From a virus, in IMG/VR virus record IMGVR_UViG_3300045988_112575, positions 1-41,781 of that record: a DNA stretch of 41,781 nt; one strand, given 5' to 3'. Position numbers and translations under genes: made by a program. How positions within the stretch are numbered: the first letter of the stretch is position 1; the number at the start of each line of letters is the position of its first letter. Below are positions 1-8,176 of the stretch, in pieces. A model generated the notes under the pieces. The model had not been told where the DNA came from, did no database searches, and saw only the letters and a list, made by a program, of their open reading frames with translations.

Positions 1-119
1 ATTTACATCCTCGTAGAGGGCCACCGAAGAGGCGTCCCCATGAAACCAGGCGGCGGATGCAGCAAAAAGACCGTGGGCAGAGCCAAGAGTGGGAAGTTTA
101 TTCTCACCGACACCCAGAA
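1..119. repeat. Terminal direct repeat copy 1 (contig-end overlap; genome is circular or circularly permuted)
   Basis: Bases 1-119 are identical to 41663-41781; an ORF crosses the junction in frame. Confidence 0.95.
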
Positions 120-306
120 GCAGATCGCTAAAGTCTCCAAGGCTTGGGACTTCGACACAGAAAAAGCCGCCCAGTTTTATGAACTCGGTGACAGTGATAC
201 AGCGATTGCCAACAAACTGAAGTGTCGCAAGCAATCTATCCTGGACTGGCGCAAGGCTACCGGGCGCGTGTCCAACTACATCCGCCGGCGGGAGGGTAAG
301 CTATGA
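1..306 (+). CDS. 3' portion of junction-spanning ORF (starts at ATG 41513; 151 aa once the overlap is collapsed); hypothetical early protein, Cys-containing N-part, HTH-like C-part
   Basis: Frame of ORF 40-306 is open back to base 1 and continues the 41513-41781 frame; stop TGA 304-306 overlaps next start (ATGA). Confidence 0.6.
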   Translation: MYILVEGHRRGVPMKPGGGCSKKTVGRAKSGKFILTDTQKQIAKVSKAWDFDTEKAAQFYELGDSDTAIANKLKCRKQSILDWRKATGRVSNYIRRREGKL

Positions 307-497
307 TTTACCGCATCCGACACGTCCGTCTGAACGACGATGGACATGTCTGCTGGGAAGATCACCGGCGGACAGAGTACAAATCTGACCAGAAGACCCT
401 GTTAGGCCAGATCATCACGCGAAAAATCAGAGGCGGCAAAACCCGGACCTACCGCGTGGAAGCTGCCAAGTTAGAACCAAAGGAGATGCTGAAATGA
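303..497 (+). CDS. hypothetical early protein (64 aa, basic)
   Basis: ATG overlaps upstream stop; part of tightly packed same-strand early operon. Confidence 0.5.
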   Translation: MIYRIRHVRLNDDGHVCWEDHRRTEYKSDQKTLLGQIITRKIRGGKTRTYRVEAAKLEPKEMLK

Positions 498-661
498 ACG
501 CTGTACAAGCCATCAAAGCCAAGCACGATCTTGACGCTCTGCTCAGAGCCATCGCCCCCCGCATGGAGGAAAACGTCAAAGCCCGTCGTGCCAAGGAAGC
601 CAGCCGTCACAAGCTCAACGCCGTCATGGCTAAGGCAGGGATTCCCCTGCGGGTGCTGTGA
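494..661 (+). CDS. hypothetical small protein (55 aa; below ORF-track cutoff)
   Basis: ATG 494 preceded by AAGGAG; translation MNAVQAIKAKHDLDALL...; stop TGA 659-661 overlaps next ATG. Confidence 0.45.
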   Translation: MNAVQAIKAKHDLDALLRAIAPRMEENVKARRAKEASRHKLNAVMAKAGIPLRVL

Positions 662-798
662 TGACCCACGACCATCCCGTGTGTCGGCGCTGTATCCGGT
701 GTTCCAAACACTGGAATGTGAGCGCCATCGAACCAGGCCCGGACGTGTATGTCTGTCCGGTCTGTGCAAACTTTTTGGAAAGGATGCTAAAGAAATGA
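661..798 (+). CDS. small zinc-ribbon protein (45 aa; CxxC...CxxC)
   Basis: MTHDHPVCRRCIRC...VCPVCANF; start and stop both overlap neighbours as ATGA. Confidence 0.45.
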   Translation: MTHDHPVCRRCIRCSKHWNVSAIEPGPDVYVCPVCANFLERMLKK

Positions 799-971
799 AA
801 AAGACCGTAGAGATCACTCGCGAGATCATCCATGACTTCATCATGGATGAACCCAGCGACTTCGTGGATTTCTGCCAGAAGCTTTATGAGGCAGAGGTCA
901 TGGCCTATCTGGACTACCGTCAGCAGGAGTTTGACGAGTGGATTGATAGCCGCATCAGAGGGGAGGGTTAA
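795..971 (+). CDS. hypothetical small acidic protein (58 aa)
   Basis: Internal ATG of ORF 531-971 (MKKTVEITREII...); coupled ATGA start. Confidence 0.45.
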   Translation: MKKTVEITREIIHDFIMDEPSDFVDFCQKLYEAEVMAYLDYRQQEFDEWIDSRIRGEG

Positions 972-973
972 GC

Positions 974-1636
974 ATGGGGATTCCCGTTCTGGTGTACGGC
1001 AAGTCCGGCAGCGGCAAAAGCCGTTCGCTCAAAAACTTCTCTCCCGACGAGCTGGTCCTGATTAACCCCATCGGCAAACCCCTTCCCTTCCGGGGCAAGT
1101 TCAAGTGGACGCTCATCTCGGACAGCTACGCCGATATCAAGAACTGGTTGGCGAACATGCCGGTCGATACCGCAGTCATTGATGATGCCGGTTACCTTCT
1201 GACCAACCACTTCATGCGTGGCCACAGCGGCCCCAAAGGTGGCGGGAATACGTTCGACTTGTTCAACGCTATCGCGGACGAATTCTGGCAGCTCATGTCG
1301 TTCATTCAATACCAGCTCCCTGCCAACAAGATCGTGTATATCATCATGCACGAACAGGCAGACGACTATGGAAACACCAAGCTCCGCACCATCGGCAAGC
1401 TGCTGGACGAGAAAGTCTGCATTGAGGGCATGGTTACTATCTGCCTGCACTGCTTGGCAGACAAAGACCATCACTATTTCCGCACGAACTCAGACGGTGG
1501 CGACATCTGCAAGTCGCCCGAAGACCTCTTCCCTCTTGAGATTGAGAACGACCTCAAGGCGGTGGACACGGCTATCCGCGAATATTGGGGCATCGCCCCG
1601 GAACCCGCACAGGAGGCCCCCAATGGGCAGAGCTGA
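974..1636 (+). CDS. Sak4-like RecA-fold ATPase (AAA_24-type phage recombination/replication ATPase)
   Basis: Walker A VLVYGKSGSGKS, Walker B-like AVIDDAGYL; GGGGAGGG RBS; adjacent to DUF669-type gene as is typical. Confidence 0.75.
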   Translation: MGIPVLVYGKSGSGKSRSLKNFSPDELVLINPIGKPLPFRGKFKWTLISDSYADIKNWLANMPVDTAVIDDAGYLLTNHFMRGHSGPKGGGNTFDLFNAIADEFWQLMSFIQYQLPANKIVYIIMHEQADDYGNTKLRTIGKLLDEKVCIEGMVTICLHCLADKDHHYFRTNSDGGDICKSPEDLFPLEIENDLKAVDTAIREYWGIAPEPAQEAPNGQS

Positions 1637-1871
1637 CAGTGGCGTTGCGCGGTATGTGTTTGCCAGCGCCACGGTGAGAGTGGGGTTCCCGGTAGACTTC
1701 CGGGGGAATGTATCCCTTAGTTGCTACCAGTGCCCCTTCTACCAAAGAAACTATCGCTCTTGTGGGTTAAACAAGAGAATAGTAGCCTATCCCGAACACT
1801 ATGTAGGGGACGAGTGCCCCTTAGAAATCGAAAAGGAGACTGACGAACATGAGAAAGATCAACTGGGATAA
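1623..1871 (+). CDS. Cys-rich small protein (82 aa)
   Basis: ATG 1623 within ORF 1218-1871 frame; SCYQCPFY...SCG...ECP motif; overlaps both neighbours slightly. Confidence 0.4.
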   Translation: MGRADSGVARYVFASATVRVGFPVDFRGNVSLSCYQCPFYQRNYRSCGLNKRIVAYPEHYVGDECPLEIEKETDEHEKDQLG

Positions 1872-2427
1872 CGTGCAGGAATCCACCGGCTTCTCTAACC
1901 CCGAACCCGGCGGCTACATCGCGCAGATCACCGCCGTGGAGGACGTGGAGAGCAAGGAGTATCTGCTCATCGAGTGGGAGTTCGCTTCCGGTGAGTGGAA
2001 AGGTGAGAACGGCAAGACCTACGCCCGTGCCGGGTTCTGGCCTACCCCCTATTTCGCTTCTTACAAGGAGGCTGCGCTTGGCTTCTTCAAGCACTTCAAG
2101 AAGGCTGTGGAAGAGTCCAACCGTGGATATGTATTCACCGAGGACAACGTGCAGGGCCTGCGTGGCCGCTACTTTGGCGTTGTTCTGGGTGAGGAAGAGT
2201 ACCAGAAGAAGGACGGTACCATTGGCACCCGCCTCAAGGCTGTGAACTCTGCCAGTATCCAGGACATCCAGACCGGCAACTTCAAGGTTCCCAAAAAGAA
2301 GCTTCTCGGTGGTGGTGCAGTTACCTCGGCCCATTCCTACGCTTCCCCCGCTCCCGCCGCTGACCCCTTCACCAGTGACAACCCCTTCCAGGACATGACC
2401 GAGGACAAGAGCGAGTTGCCCTTCTAA
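1849..2427 (+). CDS. DUF669-type phage single-stranded DNA-binding protein
   Basis: N-terminal F-x-P-x-P-x-G-x-Y pattern typical of DUF669; acidic C-terminal tail ending ...DKSELPF like SSB tips. Confidence 0.65.
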   Translation: MRKINWDNVQESTGFSNPEPGGYIAQITAVEDVESKEYLLIEWEFASGEWKGENGKTYARAGFWPTPYFASYKEAALGFFKHFKKAVEESNRGYVFTEDNVQGLRGRYFGVVLGEEEYQKKDGTIGTRLKAVNSASIQDIQTGNFKVPKKKLLGGGAVTSAHSYASPAPAADPFTSDNPFQDMTEDKSELPF

Positions 2428-2439
2428 GGAGGTGTTTGT

Positions 2440-2739
2440 ATGAGCGTGAGTATCAGGCAAAGAGAGGGCTTTATCGCTATGCCGAACGACCACCTCTTTG
2501 ACAGTGAGTTATCCCTTGAAGCTAAAGGGCTTCTGAGCCTGTTCTACGAACTTTCTCAGAGCGGAATCCCGTTCAACGATGCAAGAGTATTCGATCTGTC
2601 CAACAGCAAGGCAGGTGAGTTTATCTCTGCTGTCATTGAGCTTAAAGATCGTGGGTACATTGACTTTGATGTAAAACCAGAGGACTTCTTCGCAGAAGCA
2701 AGCCTTTGGATGAAGCGTCGGAGGGAATATCGTGAGTAA
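2440..2739 (+). CDS. winged-helix replication-initiator-like protein (short paralog of next gene N-domain)
   Basis: FIAMPNDHLFDSELSLEAKGLLSLFYEL resembles the N-terminus of 2732-3442. Confidence 0.5.
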   Translation: MSVSIRQREGFIAMPNDHLFDSELSLEAKGLLSLFYELSQSGIPFNDARVFDLSNSKAGEFISAVIELKDRGYIDFDVKPEDFFAEASLWMKRRREYRE

Positions 2740-3442
2740 TATCGTGAGTAATATCGTCCGAGTAGACAGAAACAAAAATTACACGACAATGGGCAACTAT
2801 CACTTGCGAGACAAGAACCTGTCGAACAAGGCGAGGGGTTTGTTGTCTACCGTTCTGTCTCTACCCCCTGAATGGGACTACACTGTTCGCGGCCTTGCGG
2901 CTATTTGCAAGGATGGAGTAGACAGCATCGCTTCTCAACTCAAAGAGTTGGAACGATACGGCTATCTTACCAGAAGTCAGAGGCAGGAAACGGACGGGAA
3001 GTTCTCTGGAATGGAATATACGTTCCGAGAGCGGCCGTGTACGGGTTTCCAGTGTACGGTTAACCCCGCACAAATAAATACTGATAAAGTAAATACTGAA
3101 TATATCCCCCCTGTATCTTTAGATAAATCTAAAGATACCCCCCAGAGGGGGGAACCCACTCCAAAGCGAGAGCGAAAGAGATTTACTCCTCCCAAGCTGG
3201 AAGAGGTCGAAGCTTACTGTCGGGAAAGAAACAACTCTGTCGATGCTTCCCGATTCCTGGACTACTACGAAGCAGTAGGCTGGAAGGTGGGCAAGCAGCC
3301 CATGAAGGACTGGAAAGCAGCTGTCCGAACTTGGGAACGCAGAGACGCAAGCAACGCCTCTTCCCAAGCAAAAAAAGAAGAGGCTTACCGCGCCCCGGTC
3401 TGTGTCGGGTTCGATGAGGAAGGGAGGGGCATTTACAAGTGA
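2732..3442 (+). CDS. phage replication initiator / replisome organizer (DnaD-like C-terminal domain)
   Basis: YTTMGNYHLRDKNLSNKARGLLSTVLSLPPEWDY wHTH N-domain; C-terminal FTPPKLEEVEAYC...FLDYYEAVGWKVGKQPMKDWKAAVRTWERR. Confidence 0.7.
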   Translation: MSNIVSNIVRVDRNKNYTTMGNYHLRDKNLSNKARGLLSTVLSLPPEWDYTVRGLAAICKDGVDSIASQLKELERYGYLTRSQRQETDGKFSGMEYTFRERPCTGFQCTVNPAQINTDKVNTEYIPPVSLDKSKDTPQRGEPTPKRERKRFTPPKLEEVEAYCRERNNSVDASRFLDYYEAVGWKVGKQPMKDWKAAVRTWERRDASNASSQAKKEEAYRAPVCVGFDEEGRGIYK

Positions 3443-4731
3443 TGAACTCAGCCTATTCCCTGGAGGCTGAAAACTCTGTGCTGGGTTCCATTCTCCTGGA
3501 CGCTTCGGTTTTTCCGGGCGTTCGGGAGGCCCTCACAGCAGAGGATTTCAGCAACACCGTAAACAAGGCCATTTATAAGGCCGCTGAGGGCCTTTTCAAC
3601 GCAGGTAAGGTAGTTGACCCGGTAAGCATCAAAAGGGCCGCAGAAGCGATTCTAGGCGGGTCTGAGGATGTGAATCTGAATGACTACATGCTTCAGCTCC
3701 TGGAAATCACACCGACAGCCGCCAATGTGAGCGAATACGTCAAGTTGGCGCGAGACGCTTCTATGCGCCGACAGCTTATCGAGATTGCCCGGAAGATCGA
3801 GACGTATGTAGAGAGCTACTCCCCGCCTAGAGAAGTGATCGCATCCGCTCAGAAAGCCTTGCAAGGCATTGAAAGCAACGAGAGGAACCGGGAAACCATC
3901 AGTTTCTCCGATGCTCTGACTGACTTCCTGGTCCTTCAGGACGAGATTCAGACCGGTGTATGTTTATTCATAAAAACTGAATATAAATACATTGACAGAG
4001 TGCTTGGAGGTGGCTTGCTCAACAGCGGTTTCTACCTGCTGGCAGGCCGTCCGGGTATGGGTAAGACCACGCTGGGCTTGAACATCGTCCGTAAGGTAGC
4101 GAAGAAGGGATTGCCGGTGCTGTTTGTTTCTCTGGAAATGTCCAAAGAACAGATCACGCAGAAGCTTCTAGCTCTGGAAACCGGCCTCTCCACGCAGGAG
4201 CTTGTCGGAAAGATGGACGCCCAAGCCGTGGACAGGGTGACAGAAGCGGTTACGCAGATACACGAGTTACCGCTCACTTTGAACCAAAAGACGGACGCTA
4301 CGGTATCCGATATAGCAAACATGGCTCGCGCTGTGAAGGGGCTAGCTTTAATATGTGTGGACTACGTAGGTCTGATTGAACCAGACGACAAACGTGCAAA
4401 GCCTTATGAAGGTGTGTCTCAGGTATCCCGTGATCTAAAGCGTTTAGCCATGCGTCTGAATATCCCTATTCTGGGTCTAGCACAGTTAAACCGGGAAGTT
4501 ACTGGCCGTAGCGACAAACGTCCTCTGATTTCTGACCTTCGTGATTCCGGCAGGTTGGAACAAGATGCGAACGGGATTATCTTACTGCACAGACCAGATT
4601 ACTACGACCCAAACTACAAGCACGATGGAATCTCTCCTGTGATTCTAGAGGTTGACATTGCTAAGAATAGACACGGCCCCACCGGTAAGGTAACACTGGA
4701 CTACTACCTGACCAACGGCCGGATTCTTTAG
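3439..4731 (+). CDS. dnaB: replicative DNA helicase DnaB
   Basis: N-terminal AENSVLGSILLD, Walker A GRPGMGKTT, LEMS, VDYVGLI, QLNREV, RDSG motifs. Confidence 0.92.
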   Translation: MMNSAYSLEAENSVLGSILLDASVFPGVREALTAEDFSNTVNKAIYKAAEGLFNAGKVVDPVSIKRAAEAILGGSEDVNLNDYMLQLLEITPTAANVSEYVKLARDASMRRQLIEIARKIETYVESYSPPREVIASAQKALQGIESNERNRETISFSDALTDFLVLQDEIQTGVCLFIKTEYKYIDRVLGGGLLNSGFYLLAGRPGMGKTTLGLNIVRKVAKKGLPVLFVSLEMSKEQITQKLLALETGLSTQELVGKMDAQAVDRVTEAVTQIHELPLTLNQKTDATVSDIANMARAVKGLALICVDYVGLIEPDDKRAKPYEGVSQVSRDLKRLAMRLNIPILGLAQLNREVTGRSDKRPLISDLRDSGRLEQDANGIILLHRPDYYDPNYKHDGISPVILEVDIAKNRHGPTGKVTLDYYLTNGRIL

Positions 4732-4739
4732 GAGGTACC

Positions 4740-5171
4740 ATGCTATTTGTCATTCCCCTGCCCCCCGTGACCAAAAAGAACTCGCAACGCATCATCAAGG
4801 TCAACGGGCGGCCTATCATTATCCCGTCGGCTAAATATGTAACCTATGAGCGGGAAGCTATCAAGTGCTTGCAAGCCTATTTCGGCGGCAAAGAGCCGCC
4901 CAAGATCGACTACCCTTGTAACGTAAAGTGTGAGTTCTACATGCCCACCCGCCGCCGGGTAGACCTGAACAACCTGCTCGAAGCTGCGACGGACGTGCTG
5001 GTTCGTGCCGGTATCCTGGACGATGATAACAGCCAGATCGTGGCATCCCACGATGGAAGTCGGGTGTTCTACGACAAAGAGAACCCGCGAACGGTCATCA
5101 ATATCATGAGCCTAGGCGTGGATTTTGTACCCGTCCACACCGTCCGTATCCAGAAGGAGGAAAACCAATGA
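4740..5171 (+). CDS. rusA: RusA-family Holliday junction resolvase
   Basis: PPVTKKNSQR..., DLNNLLEAATDVLVRAGILDDDNSQI catalytic Asp cluster. Confidence 0.8.
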   Translation: MLFVIPLPPVTKKNSQRIIKVNGRPIIIPSAKYVTYEREAIKCLQAYFGGKEPPKIDYPCNVKCEFYMPTRRRVDLNNLLEAATDVLVRAGILDDDNSQIVASHDGSRVFYDKENPRTVINIMSLGVDFVPVHTVRIQKEENQ

Positions 5172-5740
5172 TCAAAATCAAGAAAAACTGCACCCTGCAA
5201 ACTACGTGGGCGGAGTTGAAGGACAATATTGAGTCCGCGTCTAACCCACTGAATGTCGGCGATGAAATCGACATTGTGCTGAAAACTGGCGAAAAAGTCA
5301 CGCTGGTGTGTGAACGTGTAGGGCACAGAAGCGCAACGTTTTTTACCCAAAATCTGCTTGAAGATACTCATTGCATGAATGAGAATTGGAAGGCCAAAAA
5401 CGGTGAGCAGTTGAGTACGATGGAGGCATATCTGGGCAAGCTCTTCCGCTTGTTGCCTGACGATTTGCAAGAAGTTGTAACTGAGCCGCTCCGATTGTTG
5501 CGGGAGAAGGAGGTTTTTGGAGAAAACCAATACGGAAACCCGGAAGAATGCGAGCAGTTGCCTCGATACCGGAAACTAAAAAACCGCGTGAAACGCCTGA
5601 ATGGAGTTCCGTTTTCATACTGGTTGGCGTCCCCGTATGCGAGCAACTCCACGTACTTCCGCTATGTGCGCAGCGACGGCAGCAGCAACTACGCCACCGC
5701 CAGCTACAGCTATGGCGTGTGCTTCGGCTTTGATATTTAA
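5168..5740 (+). CDS. hypothetical protein with DUF6273-like C-terminus
   Basis: C-terminal FSYWLASPYASNSTYFRYVRSDGSSNYATASYSYGVCFGF pattern. Confidence 0.5.
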   Translation: MIKIKKNCTLQTTWAELKDNIESASNPLNVGDEIDIVLKTGEKVTLVCERVGHRSATFFTQNLLEDTHCMNENWKAKNGEQLSTMEAYLGKLFRLLPDDLQEVVTEPLRLLREKEVFGENQYGNPEECEQLPRYRKLKNRVKRLNGVPFSYWLASPYASNSTYFRYVRSDGSSNYATASYSYGVCFGFDI

Positions 5741-5798
5741 TCAAAAATCTAACAATCGCGGGGCCTTTGTGCCCCGCATGGGAGGGAGAGAAAAACAA

Positions 5799-6350
5799 AT
5801 GAATGAACTGAATCAATACGGTATTCTGTCGGGCAACGAAATCCGACAGCGCATGTCCAAAGGGGATATCATCATCCACCCCTACAACGATCAACAGCTT
5901 GGCCCCAACAGCTACAATCTGTGTTTGATGGACCGGATGCTGGTGTACACGGAGGCGGTGTTAGACCCCAAACGGGACAACCGCACGCGAGAGATCATCA
6001 TCCCGCCGGAGGGTTATGTCTTAAAACCTGGGCGCGTGTACATCGCGTCCACAGAGGAATGGACCGAGACTCGAAACCTGGTCCCCATGCTGGTAGGCCG
6101 CTCTTCTGTGGGGCGGTTGGGACTGGCTGTACACGTTACAGCAGGTTTTGGGGATATCGGCTTCCGGGGCCGTTGGACGCTGGAGCTGGCAGCCACAGAG
6201 CCGGTGCGTATCTACCCCGGCATGGAAATTTGCCAAATCTACTACCACACAATTTGCGGCGTGATTCTGGATGAATACGCTGGAAAATACGTCGGCCAGC
6301 AGGCGGCTACCCCGTCCCGGCTGTTTCAGGAGATGGGGGATACAGAATGA
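5799..6350 (+). CDS. dcd: dCTP deaminase (Dcd/dUTPase superfamily)
   Basis: GPNSYNLCL, GRSSVGRLGLAVHVTAGFGDIGFRGRWTLEL, GMEICQI; true start MNELNQYG with GGGAGGGAGAG RBS (ORF-track start 5601 rejected). Confidence 0.85.
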   Translation: MNELNQYGILSGNEIRQRMSKGDIIIHPYNDQQLGPNSYNLCLMDRMLVYTEAVLDPKRDNRTREIIIPPEGYVLKPGRVYIASTEEWTETRNLVPMLVGRSSVGRLGLAVHVTAGFGDIGFRGRWTLELAATEPVRIYPGMEICQIYYHTICGVILDEYAGKYVGQQAATPSRLFQEMGDTE

Positions 6351-6712
6351 AAGATTTACACACCCTGGACAAATACCGCGACCGGAATTTTGAACGCCAA
6401 TACTACGGCACAAACGGAGATGCTGGAAACAGCGTTTTCCGGGTGCCTGCTGGTGGCAGGATGTTCAACATTGTAGCATCCAACGGCGGCGGCTGGGAAC
6501 ATGTTAGCGTGTCACCGGCCAACCGGAAGCGGAAGAGGGCTCCTACATGGGAGGAAATGTGCGAAATTAAGCGCATGTTTTTCTGGGAGGATGAGACGGT
6601 GGTAGAGTACCACCCCGCCAAGGCGGACTATGTGAATCTGCATCCCCTGTGCCTACACCTCTGGCGGCCTACGGGGGTGGAGATGCCTAAGCCGCCGAAA
6701 ATTTTTGTGTGA
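6347..6712 (+). CDS. conserved phage hypothetical protein
   Basis: GGGWEHVSVS...PTWEEMCEIKRMFFWEDETVVEYHP...LHLW, a motif recurrent in phage early regions. Confidence 0.55.
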   Translation: MKDLHTLDKYRDRNFERQYYGTNGDAGNSVFRVPAGGRMFNIVASNGGGWEHVSVSPANRKRKRAPTWEEMCEIKRMFFWEDETVVEYHPAKADYVNLHPLCLHLWRPTGVEMPKPPKIFV

Positions 6713-6726
6713 GGGGGAGAAAACGA

Positions 6727-7026
6727 ATGGATAATAAAATTCGAGAATTTGCACTTCGCGAAGCTGAACGAAACGCAAAATTGGTTTGGAATCGAGCTTG
6801 GGAAGCTGGATACAACAGGGCACGAGAAGAGTATGCAAACATCCGTGATGGTGAAGCTATTATGGAACCGCCAACAAAAGAGCAGCGGGAGGAATACGGA
6901 AACGACCTCGTTGGCTGGTGTTCCCGTTGCTCCAAACCGTTCAACGGGAGCTGGGCTGGATTGATAAATTTCTGCCCATGGTGCGGCAGACCGATTCTGC
7001 GGAAATTAGGTGAGGTAGATGTTTGA
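6727..7026 (+). CDS. hypothetical protein with C-terminal zinc ribbon
   Basis: ATG 6727 after GAGGGGGAG RBS; CSRCSKPF...FCPWCGRP. Confidence 0.55.
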   Translation: MDNKIREFALREAERNAKLVWNRAWEAGYNRAREEYANIRDGEAIMEPPTKEQREEYGNDLVGWCSRCSKPFNGSWAGLINFCPWCGRPILRKLGEVDV

Positions 7027-7035
7027 GTATATAGA

Positions 7036-7068
7036 ATTTCAATCCACCCTCCCCGTGTGGGGAGGGAC
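7036..7068 (-). CRISPR. Solitary type I-C-like CRISPR repeat unit (no array, no cas genes)
   Basis: Minus strand reads GTCCCTCCCCACACGGGGAGGGTGGATTGAAAT: GTC, 8-bp GC stem, 4-nt loop, GTGGATTGAAAT tail. Confidence 0.7.
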
Positions 7069-7074
7069 GTGTCG

Positions 7075-7086
7075 ATTTCAACACGG
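7075..7086 (-). repeat. Partial copy of the repeat 3' end (CCGTGTTGAAAT), 6 nt upstream of the full repeat on the minus strand
   Basis: TTGAAAT shared with the repeat tail; also forms small hairpin CGTGT/ACACG. Confidence 0.35.
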
Positions 7087-7103
7087 TTAAAAAGGAGAGC
7101 AAA

Positions 7104-7409
7104 ATGAATATCCCGGATAAAATGAAATGTTGGGGAGATTTCCCAGCCATGGTAGGCTATGCTGCCTGCTATGAAGCCCTTGCAGAGGAGTGCATGGAGT
7201 TGGCCTACTGCGCCCTGAAACTCGCCAGAGTTTTGCGGGGAGATAACCCGGTTAAAGAGGGCGGAAGGAGCTACCTGGATAAGTTGGACGAAGAATACAC
7301 AGACGTCGTTTCTTGCGCTATTGCCCTGGAACTGAAACCCAATGCGGATATATCCGTTTGGAAGTGGGAGAGACACAAGCAGCGGCTGGAAGAAATGGAG
7401 GGGAAATAA
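7104..7409 (+). CDS. MazG-like nucleotide pyrophosphohydrolase (small all-alpha type)
   Basis: EALAEECMELAYCALKLARV...LDEEYTDVVSCAIALEL acidic helix pattern. Confidence 0.45.
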   Translation: MNIPDKMKCWGDFPAMVGYAACYEALAEECMELAYCALKLARVLRGDNPVKEGGRSYLDKLDEEYTDVVSCAIALELKPNADISVWKWERHKQRLEEMEGK

Positions 7410-8176
7410 TGGAAGTGCAGCACAACACGTGCCCTAAATGTGGGTGTAACCGGCTTGATATCTTTGCGGTTATGGATAAAACCGGAGATCATGTGTGTGT
7501 CGGATGCAAAAAATGCAGATTCAAAGGCCCGTTAGTAAGAACCAAAGCAGAAGCCTGGCTGTCCTGGGATATCGCAATGAGCATTATTAAGCAAATGGAA
7601 AAGGAAGGAGACGCAATGAAGAAGCACGAACCATGCCCCGTTTGTGGCGAAGCGAACGTGGAAGTCAAGGAGGGTGATATTCGCGGAGAGCACGAATTCC
7701 GCGCTGTTTGCGGAAATTGCGGTTGGTCCGGTCCTGCTTACAACAACCTGAACGATGCGTTGTTGCGCTGGGACGACATAGCCAAGCAAATTCGCAGACA
7801 TGCAGATTCAAAAAGGACGCCAGAAAACGTAGATGTGGTCAAGCACATTGATGCAGTTCTTATGATGAACGCTGAAAAGAAGCGTGCAGAAAAGAAAAAC
7901 GCTACGCGCAAGGAAATTTTGGATGCCGCCGCAACCTGCGTCTGCAAAGAGCGAAACGATCAGTATGGGGAACCAGAAGATTGTTTCCAGGATATCGCCA
8001 ACCTCTGGGCAGCTTACAAAGGAACCAACTTCGACTCCTTTGACGTGGCTATGATGATGTCCCTGTTAAAGGTGGCACGAGCCAAAGCGAACCCTCAGCA
8101 CACAGATAACTACATCGACCTCTGCGGCTATGGAAGCATTGCCGGGGAGTTAGCGAACAAGGAGGAAAACGAATGA
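7409..8176 (+). CDS. fusion of two Lar-like zinc ribbons with a DUF6378-like C-terminal domain
   Basis: CPKCGC...CVGCKKC and CPVCG...CGNCGW each followed by A/W-rich helix; C-term ERNDQYGEPEDCFQDIANLW...LLKVARAK...HTDNYIDLCGY; TAATG coupled start. Confidence 0.55.
   Translation: MEVQHNTCPKCGCNRLDIFAVMDKTGDHVCVGCKKCRFKGPLVRTKAEAWLSWDIAMSIIKQMEKEGDAMKKHEPCPVCGEANVEVKEGDIRGEHEFRAVCGNCGWSGPAYNNLNDALLRWDDIAKQIRRHADSKRTPENVDVVKHIDAVLMMNAEKKRAEKKNATRKEILDAAATCVCKERNDQYGEPEDCFQDIANLWAAYKGTNFDSFDVAMMMSLLKVARAKANPQHTDNYIDLCGYGSIAGELANKEENE

Noticed and set aside
1-119. Interpreting the 119-bp end repeat as biological direct terminal repeats or a cos-type end
   Set aside because: An exact overlap that splits an ORF in frame is more simply an assembly artefact of a circular molecule. 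Without read data the physical termini cannot be inferred.
531-971. 146-aa ORF from the six-frame track
   Set aside because: It has no RBS at its start and a Pro/Arg/Cys-rich unnatural composition. The region is better explained by three short translationally coupled genes (494-661, 661-798, 795-971) with ATGA overlaps.
1218-1871. 217-aa ORF overlapping the Sak4-like gene out of frame
   Set aside because: Only the last 82 codons, from ATG 1623, lie outside the ATPase gene. The upstream part is an out-of-frame shadow.
5601-5798. N-terminal extension of the dCTP deaminase ORF
   Set aside because: The extension overlaps the end of the previous gene, is Ala/Thr/Pro-rich, and lacks an RBS. A strong GGGAGGGAGAG RBS precedes ATG 5799.
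6961-7000. Possible second CRISPR repeat (GTCTGCCGCACCATGGGCAGA...) one spacer-length from the solitary repeat
   Set aside because: It lies inside the zinc-ribbon codons (FCPWCGRP) of a CDS and lacks the GGATTGAAA tail. The hairpin is explained by the CxxC coding sequence, so there is no mini-array.
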